Positions 8,177 to 15,325 of a DNA stretch of 20,227 nucleotides are shown in pieces. The stretch is from Pseudobacteriovorax sp. Its GTDB lineage: Bacteria; Bdellovibrionota_B; Oligoflexia; Oligoflexales; Oligoflexaceae. The position numbers were made by a program, and so were the translations under genes. The notes beneath the pieces are model-generated. The model did not search any database. It had not been told where the DNA came from and saw only the letters and a program-made list of their open reading frames with translations. How positions within the stretch are numbered: the stretch's first letter is position 1; every line of letters starts with the position of its first letter. The DNA is taken from positions 1 through 20,227 of the forward strand of contig JBNKNM010000090.1 of the NCBI GenBank assembly GCA_050293845.1, written 5' to 3'.

Positions 8177-10336
8177 ATGAAGCTTGTTGGAAACATAATC
8201 ATTGCAACCAGTTTGCTCCTACTACAGTCTTGCTCAGCTCCCGAAGCATCATTAACAGTAGAAAAGGTTGGTGCTCAATTTTTTCTATATGCGGATTCTG
8301 AACTGATTCATTCCACTTCCGAGCTAATACAGAACCCCAAACTTATTACTATTGACGGCCTGCCTCTAGGAGCATCTTGGAGTCAGGTCGGAAGCAATGG
8401 TAACTCAGTTGACTATAGTTCAACAACTCGAGATTTTGCTTGGGGTAAGGCCGAACCCATGAGTTATCGGTTTCGCTTCTATAAGGGTCATTCCCCAAAA
8501 GGAGCGCGACTTTATCCAGGGCAGGAACGCAGCCAAGACCAGCAGCTCTTTATTATTCAAACAAAATTGAAAGTATCAAATAGTATTACCGCATGGTTGG
8601 AAGCCCAGGGTTTAGATATTGTTAGCTATATCCCAGATAACTGTCTTCTGGTGGCAGCCCCAGGAAGCATGGTGGCAGCCCTCAAAGGTGAGCCCGTTGT
8701 CCATAGAATCATGCCATTTGAGCCAGGTTGGAAAATTGATCCTGGACTACCAGATCACTTTAGTCAGAGAGAGCTTTTGGTTATGCCAACAGAGCCAGGC
8801 TATTCTGCTTTTTTAGCATGGCAATTGGGCTTAAAAGGGATAACGGTGCGCGCAACTTCAGAAAGCGGCTTGCTTGAAGTGATCATGGACTCTCAGCAGG
8901 CGCAAGAAGCAGCACAATTACCAAGTTTGCTCAGGATTGAGGCGAACGACCGGACCATCGAATATGACATGGACTTGGCTAGGATCCAGGGAGGGGCTGA
9001 CTTTTTGTCAAATGTGCACCAGGTGGATACTTTGGGATACACAGGGATTGGAATCAAGGGGCATATCTTGGAGGGCGTCGAACCTACGCATCCTGACTTA
9101 GCTGCTAATGAGTTTCGCGATAGGCCCATTGCTATCGATGATGGAACTAAGGCCAGTCATGGACATAGAACGTTTGGCATCATATTTGGTAGTGGAATGA
9201 ATAACATCAAGGCTACAGGTTTACTGCCAAATGGTCAGGGTTACTATACCAATTATGAAGCTCTCTATGACAGCGATCCTGACTCCAATGATATGGAAGG
9301 GCGTTACGAACTGACTAAGAGAGTCATAAAGAATCATGGCATTATGTTTCAGACAGCTTCTTGGGGGTATCCGAGAACTGAGGAATATAGTGCCAGATCA
9401 GCAGAAATGGACAGGATTATTTTTGACCTTGATATTCCGATTACCCAATCTCAAAGCAACTCAGGGACCCGACTTTCCCGACCCCAGGCGTGGGCTAAAA
9501 ATATTATTTCCGTTGGTGCCGTATATCATTTTGAGACGGTGGAGCAGAGGGATGACATGTGGGACGCCGGGCGATTTACCAGAGCTAGCACGGGACCGGC
9601 GCAAGACGGTCGTATCAAACCTGACCTTGTAGGTTACATGGACAGCACAGGTACCATCGATATCAATGATGGATATACCCAATTTGGCGGAACTTCAGGT
9701 GCGACCCCCATGGTAGCAGGTCACCTGGGTTTGGCATTAGAGATGTGGAGAAACGGCGAGTTCAGTAAGGATGAATTGCCAGCATCGCTACCTCACTTTT
9801 CAACTAGTAAGGCCCTTTTACTCCATAGTGCTAAACAATATAGTTTTATGTCTGAGCGGGATGATCTTTCGCGTTTTCATCAAGGGTGGGGGTTTCCAGA
9901 TCTTAAACGCTTATACAACATGCGGAGTAGCCTTCATATCGTCGATGAAACGGTAGCGCTGAAGGTTCATGAATCTTATCAGCAGGAATTCATTGTATCT
10001 GATAGTAACAAACCCTTTCTCGCAACCCTTGTTTTCCCTGATCCTCCGGGGGTTGTGGGCGCAGAAATTGCTCGTGTGAATAATCTCAATCTGAAGGTGA
10101 CTTCGCCATCAGGAGAGGTTTATTGGGGAAATCATGGCTTGCGCCTGACTATGGAATCTCAGGCACAAGGTAGTCCAGATGACATAGATACTGTAGAACG
10201 GGTGATGATTCGTTATCCTGAGACAGGCATTTGGACTGTAGCAGTGGAGGCGAGCGAGATCAATTTGGACGGGCACGTTGAAACCCCCGAGATTGATGCC
10301 GACTTTGCCCTTATTGTTTCCTATGATGAGCCTTGA
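8177..10336 (+). CDS. S8 (subtilisin-like) serine peptidase, predicted lipoprotein, with a C-terminal jelly-roll/PPC-like domain
   Basis: Lipobox LLQS-C from ATG 8177. GYTGIGIKGHILEGVEPTHPDL, HGHRTFGII, SNSG, DGRIKPDL, GGTSGATPMVAG and QGWGFPDL. C-terminal NNLNLKVTSPSGEVYWGN as in Kp43-like subtilases. Confidence 0.92.
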   Translation: MKLVGNIIIATSLLLLQSCSAPEASLTVEKVGAQFFLYADSELIHSTSELIQNPKLITIDGLPLGASWSQVGSNGNSVDYSSTTRDFAWGKAEPMSYRFRFYKGHSPKGARLYPGQERSQDQQLFIIQTKLKVSNSITAWLEAQGLDIVSYIPDNCLLVAAPGSMVAALKGEPVVHRIMPFEPGWKIDPGLPDHFSQRELLVMPTEPGYSAFLAWQLGLKGITVRATSESGLLEVIMDSQQAQEAAQLPSLLRIEANDRTIEYDMDLARIQGGADFLSNVHQVDTLGYTGIGIKGHILEGVEPTHPDLAANEFRDRPIAIDDGTKASHGHRTFGIIFGSGMNNIKATGLLPNGQGYYTNYEALYDSDPDSNDMEGRYELTKRVIKNHGIMFQTASWGYPRTEEYSARSAEMDRIIFDLDIPITQSQSNSGTRLSRPQAWAKNIISVGAVYHFETVEQRDDMWDAGRFTRASTGPAQDGRIKPDLVGYMDSTGTIDINDGYTQFGGTSGATPMVAGHLGLALEMWRNGEFSKDELPASLPHFSTSKALLLHSAKQYSFMSERDDLSRFHQGWGFPDLKRLYNMRSSLHIVDETVALKVHESYQQEFIVSDSNKPFLATLVFPDPPGVVGAEIARVNNLNLKVTSPSGEVYWGNHGLRLTMESQAQGSPDDIDTVERVMIRYPETGIWTVAVEASEINLDGHVETPEIDADFALIVSYDEP

Positions 10337-10428
10337 TCATTTTTCTGGCCCAGATCCCTTGACTTCCCGACTCCAGTTAGGGAAAGTACGTGTGTTTTGG
10401 CTCACCATAGAGGTAGGGAGGGAAGCAG

Positions 10429-10857
10429 ATGGATAACAAAGAGCTGCAGGGCGTCACTTTTAGTCAGAAACCCGATGGCAGTTGGCAGGCGAAGCATGAG
10501 GCTTCAGGCCGCATCGCCCATGGTTTAGATGAGCAAGAGACCCGCGATGCCATCCAAAAGCTTTTGGGTATGGACGAACAAGGAGAATTTAAAGAGCCTC
10601 TCACCAATGATCTATTTGAGGGAAAGGCTCGCGAGATTGCTCTGTATCTAGAAGGCCCTATTTCCGATATGCTGTCACTTCATTCTGGTTTTGCGCGCTT
10701 AGACAGTTATCAGGAAGGATTTGCTAGTATACGCCTGGGTGGTGGCTGTCAAGGCTGTCCTTCGTCAAGAATTACTCTGATGAATGGTGTTTTCAAAGAA
10801 CTTCAAGAAAAGTTTGGTGAAGATGTTGTCAGAGAAGTTCAGCCCGTTCTAGACTAA
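10429..10857 (+). CDS. Nfu (NifU C-terminal) domain Fe-S carrier protein with an atypical N-terminal domain
   Basis: LSLHSGFARL...IRLGGGCQGCPSSRITLMNGVFKEL matches the Nfu CxxC motif (Cys codons at 10747 and 10756). GGGAGG SD. Confidence 0.88.
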   Translation: MDNKELQGVTFSQKPDGSWQAKHEASGRIAHGLDEQETRDAIQKLLGMDEQGEFKEPLTNDLFEGKAREIALYLEGPISDMLSLHSGFARLDSYQEGFASIRLGGGCQGCPSSRITLMNGVFKELQEKFGEDVVREVQPVLD

Positions 10858-10901
10858 TATACATACTTTAATTTTTGTGCTCGCTTATGGGAAGGATACT
10901 A

Positions 10902-11648
10902 ATGGGACTGATTGCTAAATTTAAAAATTTTCAAGAAGGGCGACAAAAAAGAAGGCTGGAAAAAGCTGCTAAGCTGGTTAAAAACCCAAAAGCTATTCGG
11001 GATGATCGTTGGGCAGCCCTAAGTTATTTAGCAAAGGAAGCTCAGAGTCCTAGTGAAGAAGTGATTCGGTCGTTACTATCCCGTTTTGAATATAGTCTGG
11101 AGCATGGGATTAATGATAGTCGTGAAAAAGATCTTGCCCTCGAAGGGGTTCTACGTTTTGCTGCGGAAGCGGAGCCTATCATCGTGCAGTGGTTGAAAAC
11201 TACAGATCGTATTGCTTGGCCCCTAAAGGCCCTGAAAACCATTGCTTCAGAGCAAGTATTTGTCAATGCTTTAGAGTCTATTCTCATGTTTGAAGATGTT
11301 AGCCTAACGGCTTCGGCTGTTAACAAGAATTTCGATGTTTTGTGCTATCTGCGAGACTATCAATTGGGAGATTTTGCCCAAAAACTTGTTTACTTTCTGA
11401 ACGACCCCGATGAAAGGGTGAGGTTTGCTGCCTGCGAAGTCTTAATCGAGCAAGAAAATCAACCATCTTTGCTTACCGATCTAGAGAAATTTCTTAAAGA
11501 TGACTCTGTGGAAAATAGGCGCTTGAAGCAGTCTGTAGTCGAAGCCTACCTTGCCCATGGTTGGAAGGTAAAAAATCCAAATGACTATGATGACATTCCC
11601 ATTATGGATGGCATCAAGGTTCAGGCTGATGGAGGACTGGCTCGTTAG
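10902..11648 (+). CDS. HEAT-repeat-like helical protein, function unknown
   Basis: DDRWAALSYL and FLNDPDERVRFAACEVL are HEAT-like repeats. The start is placed at ATG 10902 after GGAAGGA. Confidence 0.75.
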   Translation: MGLIAKFKNFQEGRQKRRLEKAAKLVKNPKAIRDDRWAALSYLAKEAQSPSEEVIRSLLSRFEYSLEHGINDSREKDLALEGVLRFAAEAEPIIVQWLKTTDRIAWPLKALKTIASEQVFVNALESILMFEDVSLTASAVNKNFDVLCYLRDYQLGDFAQKLVYFLNDPDERVRFAACEVLIEQENQPSLLTDLEKFLKDDSVENRRLKQSVVEAYLAHGWKVKNPNDYDDIPIMDGIKVQADGGLAR

Positions 11649-11672
11649 CCTTGATGCCGCTGGGGAAGGTCT

Positions 11673-12095
11673 TCACTTTAGGGCAGGAAGAAACAAGCCA
11701 AAACGGTTGTCACTAGGGTCTTGAATGAATTGAATGCATCCATATCCTGGCACCTGGCGTAATGAACCTTGGACTTTTCCTCCCCATGCTTTTGTCTTTT
11801 CCGTGATAGCAGCGATAGCTTCCTCATTAGGGGCAGAAAAGTACAGAGTGATCTGCGCCCCCTTTTTTATAGCTGCACTTTGGGGTATCAGGCTAATTCC
11901 GTACGGAACGTCGCCTAAAGTCTGTAAGACTATATAATTGTAAATTTCAATGGGCGCGGGAACCCAACCAAAAACTTCGCGGTAAAAATCAAGGGAAACG
12001 GGAATATCGCTTATGGGAATTTCTACCTGACATAATTCAGGGAGCCAGGGAGAGCCTAGTCCTGAATTCTTCGGGGGATTCTGGGATTGAGACAT
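11673..12095 (-). CDS. VOC (glyoxalase/bleomycin-resistance) family protein
   Basis: VEIPISDIPVSLDFYREVFGW, ITLYF and WGGKV...VPGYGCIQFIQDPSDNRFGL. The start is uncertain because it overlaps the 3' end of alr by 40 nt. Confidence 0.88.
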   Translation of the reverse strand: MSQSQNPPKNSGLGSPWLPELCQVEIPISDIPVSLDFYREVFGWVPAPIEIYNYIVLQTLGDVPYGISLIPQSAAIKKGAQITLYFSAPNEEAIAAITEKTKAWGGKVQGSLRQVPGYGCIQFIQDPSDNRFGLFLPALK

Positions 12096-13180
12096 GTTAC
12101 AACCTCATAGTGAATCGTTTCACACCAACGGCCCAGCTCTTCAGCAGCAATATATTCATCACCGTCTTGGCCAATTAAAGTCACAGCGTCGCCTACTTTG
12201 ACATCTTCGATATGACTTATATCAATCATCATCATATTCATACAGATACGACCTACTATAGGGCAGCGTCTTCCTTTAACCAGTACATAACTGCCACGGC
12301 CACTAGCTATCCTCGGATAACCTTCATAATAGCCGATTGGCAGAACCGCAATAGTCATAGTTGCGATGGCGCGAAAGCTGCATCCGTAGCCGATATAAGA
12401 CCCTTCTTGCACTTGCTTGATCACGGCAATTTCGGTTTTCCAACTCAAAACGGGGCGCAATTCTTCAAGGTGATCAAAAACCTGGAGAAAGGAGACTCTT
12501 GTAGTCTGTGACGGCCATAAACCGTACATAGAAATGCCAACTCTTGTCATATCTAAAGCAGCATTTTTCATAATAAGGGTGGAAGCACTGGAAGCCATGT
12601 GAGCTAACAGCCGATAGCCATGACGGGAGAATATTTTTTTAATGTTCACAAATTGGCTAAGTTGGTGGTCCGCATACTGATGATTAACGACATCCTCAAC
12701 ATTAGCAAAATGGCTGCACACTCCTACAATTTTGTCCCGGTAAGGACTTAGGCTGGTAGCAATATGCTGGGCTTTCTCGCAGTCAAAACCCTGACGGCCC
12801 ATCCCGGTGTCGAATTTTATATGGACCCGTGGTCTGGTTGTTTCTGGAACTTGTAGCCAGGCTTCTAAAGAGGGTTGATCACCAATAAAGATATCAACTC
12901 CTAGGGAGCTGGCATAGGGGTGTCGATCAAAGGCTATAGGCCCGACAACAAGTATATGGCCTTGGTAACCCAAGTCCCTTAACAAGGCAGCCTCGTCAAG
13001 ATAATTGACCCCCAGCCAAGGAGGGTTTTCCGTAGCTATAATATTGAAGATTTCTTCCAAGCCATGGCCATATGCATTGGACTTTATGATAGGAATCAGC
13101 TGAGCTGGGCTCGAAAGCTGGGAAAAAAGTCTATAATTATGTCTGAGCGCGGAGGCCGAGAGATCTATCCAACAGCGCAT
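12056..13180 (-). CDS. alr: Alanine racemase (PLP-dependent)
   Basis: WIDLSASALRHN, PLP lysine motif IIKSNAYGHG, HIKFDTGMGRQG, RVGISMYG, IGYG (catalytic Tyr), VGRICM and ETIHYEVVT. The start is placed at ATG 13180. Confidence 0.95.
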   Translation of the reverse strand: MRCWIDLSASALRHNYRLFSQLSSPAQLIPIIKSNAYGHGLEEIFNIIATENPPWLGVNYLDEAALLRDLGYQGHILVVGPIAFDRHPYASSLGVDIFIGDQPSLEAWLQVPETTRPRVHIKFDTGMGRQGFDCEKAQHIATSLSPYRDKIVGVCSHFANVEDVVNHQYADHQLSQFVNIKKIFSRHGYRLLAHMASSASTLIMKNAALDMTRVGISMYGLWPSQTTRVSFLQVFDHLEELRPVLSWKTEIAVIKQVQEGSYIGYGCSFRAIATMTIAVLPIGYYEGYPRIASGRGSYVLVKGRRCPIVGRICMNMMMIDISHIEDVKVGDAVTLIGQDGDEYIAAEELGRWCETIHYEVVTCLNPRIPRRIQD

Positions 13181-13191
13181 GGCTTTCTCTT

Positions 13192-14280
13192 CTAATGTTC
13201 TAACCGCAATTTTTGCCATTTAGTATCCAGATCAGCTAATCCAGATAATTTTAAAGATAACCTGATTGGTGATATTTTGCACGGCTCTTGTCGACGCGAA
13301 AGGGCACTAGCCACCAGTATTGTTTGTCTCTCTTCTCTGAAAATGGTGCCTTGGTAGCTGTTACAATTGATATCTGTGTCATAGGAAAAGCTCTGTGAGG
13401 ACGGTGTCGTTATTCTAAAGGGACTAACCACTTCCACAGCATGGGTGCTCAGGGGGAGACTATTATTAATCATTTCGGGAGAAAATAAGCGAGTGCGGTA
13501 GGGGGTCCACGATTTGGGGTAGGTCTTTGGGGGGCAGATGGACTGAGGATAGCGAGCTACGACTATTGCAAAATGACGATGTCGCTTAAGAATACCAATG
13601 GGAGCTTCGTTGCATCTTCTGAGAAAGCGAAATGCAGTACGGCCATCCTTTGTACGATAGGCTGAGCCCTTCTTGATAGAAGTTATGTAAGTCTGATATG
13701 CTAATGGCTTTCGCGTATTGAAGAGTTCTAGTTGCTGGAAATGAGGTCTGACGCCTTTAAGCTTAGCATGGGCCAAATCCCGGTGGCAACTTCGGCTGCG
13801 ACGACCCAATAACCCAACTTTCAGGCTATCGGGCCCTCCGGTGCGCAGAACCACACCGACGCTGTTGTTGCAGAAAAGGGTGAAAGATAGAAGGAGGTCA
13901 TTGTGCGTGTCTTTGCTTCTGAGCATCCTGTGATTGAGGGGGACCCATCTGATGCCTTTTCGCTCGTATATAGGATTTAAACTAGTTAATGGTGTTTCAT
14001 CTATCACCATGATATCGCTGAGGATAAACTCTTGTTTTTGTGGTAAGGAGAGGCAGCGCTGATCAGTACGCCGGCTTAATATGCCGATTTTGCGTCCCCC
14101 ACCCTCTGGCCTTATGATTACACCCTCAAATTCAGCTCCACAGTCGAGCCAGTAGACCAGGGTAATTTTTTGCTTGCTGCGAATAATTTTTACAGGTTCT
14201 ATAGATAAGTGGGTGCGTCCCCACAGTGAAGTGGCGTAAAGAAACCATATGTAAGGGGCTAAGTATCTGATAATTAACAT
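13192..14280 (-). CDS. Hypothetical exported basic protein with four internal Cys-paired repeats
   Basis: 362 aa ORF with a hydrophobic N-terminus, a near-consensus promoter upstream, and eight Cys in four regularly spaced pairs. Confidence 0.75.
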   Translation of the reverse strand: MLIIRYLAPYIWFLYATSLWGRTHLSIEPVKIIRSKQKITLVYWLDCGAEFEGVIIRPEGGGRKIGILSRRTDQRCLSLPQKQEFILSDIMVIDETPLTSLNPIYERKGIRWVPLNHRMLRSKDTHNDLLLSFTLFCNNSVGVVLRTGGPDSLKVGLLGRRSRSCHRDLAHAKLKGVRPHFQQLELFNTRKPLAYQTYITSIKKGSAYRTKDGRTAFRFLRRCNEAPIGILKRHRHFAIVVARYPQSICPPKTYPKSWTPYRTRLFSPEMINNSLPLSTHAVEVVSPFRITTPSSQSFSYDTDINCNSYQGTIFREERQTILVASALSRRQEPCKISPIRLSLKLSGLADLDTKWQKLRLEH

Positions 14281-14311
14281 CCTACTTTAGGGAGCACCAA
14301 AGAAAGAACAG

Positions 14312-14340
14312 AGCTTACCTGTACTCATGGCATATGTCAA
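14312..14340 (-). promoter_or_regulatory. Putative sigma70 promoter of the hypothetical-alr-VOC operon
   Basis: The minus strand reads TTGACA (14340-14335), 17 nt spacer, TAAGCT (14317-14312). Confidence 0.7.
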
Positions 14341-14380
14341 TAAAGTAGGGTTTATCCCTAAAAATACGCGCCCCTAACCC

Positions 14381-14409
14381 TTGAAAAGAGTATTCGAATC
14401 TGTTACATT
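14381..14409 (+). promoter_or_regulatory. Putative sigma70 promoter of the rpmH operon with a GC-rich discriminator
   Basis: TTGAAA (14381-86), 17 nt spacer, TACATT (14404-09), preceded by TGn and followed by CTCGCGGC. This is typical of stringently controlled ribosomal promoters. Confidence 0.65.
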
Positions 14410-14495
14410 CTCGCGGCTGCTTGACAGTTTTGCAGACAGATTTGAGTAGATTGCCAGCTAAAGGAAGTCGAGCAGAAACCACTTGGGAGTTTAAA

Positions 14496-14651
14496 ATGAG
14501 TAGCAAACGTACATATCAACCTAGTAACAAGAAACGTAAAAGAACTCACGGATTCAGAACCCGTATGGCGTCTCCGGGTGGACGAAACATCCTTAAAAGA
14601 CGTCGTGCTAAAGGTCGCAAGCGTCTTACTGTTTCTGTATATCAGAAATAA
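14496..14651 (+). CDS. rpmH: 50S ribosomal protein bL34
   Basis: [53 protein letters not shown] before ATG 14496. The ORF track start at 14421 is too early. Confidence 0.98.
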   Translation: MSSKRTYQPSNKKRKRTHGFRTRMASPGGRNILKRRRAKGRKRLTVSVYQK

Positions 14652-14683
14652 AAGGAAGTCATTTTTGATGACTAAGCCTCTTA

Positions 14684-15043
14684 ATGTTTGAATTTCCAAA
14701 AGACCATAGATTGTTAAAACGAATGGAGTTTAGGCGCGCCTTAGAAAGCCATGCTAAGGTCGTAACTCCATATATCGTCGTTTTAGGAGTTAGGTCAGGA
14801 AGTGGGCATTCTCGGATGGGGTTAATTGTTTCTCGTAAGGTTGGAATGGCTGTCGTTAGAAACAAGGTCAAAAGACTCTTGAGAGAATCTTTTCGGTTGC
14901 TTTCTGAACCGAGTAAGCCTCTGGACTTTGTCGTAATAGCAAGAAAGTCAGCTGCAGAGGCGAGTTTTGACAGTGTGAGCAAGTCCCTAGAGGGGGCTTT
15001 GCGGCGGCTGTCGAAAAAGCTCGTTGCCAGTGACTCTCAATAA
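14684..15043 (+). CDS. rnpA: Ribonuclease P protein component
   Basis: FPKDHRLLKRMEF and the RNR motif RMGLIVSRKVGMAVVRNKVKRLLRESFR, DFVVIAR. Located directly after rpmH. Confidence 0.96.
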   Translation: MFEFPKDHRLLKRMEFRRALESHAKVVTPYIVVLGVRSGSGHSRMGLIVSRKVGMAVVRNKVKRLLRESFRLLSEPSKPLDFVVIARKSAAEASFDSVSKSLEGALRRLSKKLVASDSQ

Positions 15044-15115
15044 TTTTCTTTCGACGTTCAAGCGTATGAGCTTTGCCTTATTCTATCCTTACGCGGAGTT
15101 GCTTGAGGGCAAGCC

Positions 15116-15325
15116 ATGATTGGGCGTTTTGTAATTGTGTTGATTAAAACTTATCAGTACGTCATATCACCTTTACTAGGTAAGAATTGCCGCTTCTACC
15201 CTAGCTGCTCCCATTATGGAATTGCTGTTTTCGAGAAGTACCCGCTACATATTGCTTTTTACCGCACCTGCAAACGTATTTTGAGTTGTCATCCATGGCA
15301 CCCAGGAGGTATCGATCTGCCATGA
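15116..15325 (+). CDS. yidD: Membrane protein insertion efficiency factor YidD
   Basis: YQYVISPLLGKNCRFYPSCSHY...RILSCHPWHPGGID, with conserved synteny. Confidence 0.96.
   Translation: MIGRFVIVLIKTYQYVISPLLGKNCRFYPSCSHYGIAVFEKYPLHIAFYRTCKRILSCHPWHPGGIDLP

Noticed and set aside
14421..14452. Second rpmH promoter TTGACA...TAGATT
   Set aside because: The spacer is 20 nt, outside the 16-18 range, and the TTGAC is part of the leader stem.
14281..14495. oriC upstream of rpmH
   Set aside because: No cluster of DnaA boxes or evident unwinding element, and the region is explained by two divergent promoters and a leader.
15101..15114. GCTTG-AGGG-CAAGC hairpin over the yidD SD
   Set aside because: Only 5 bp. 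It could dampen yidD translation but cannot be distinguished from chance.
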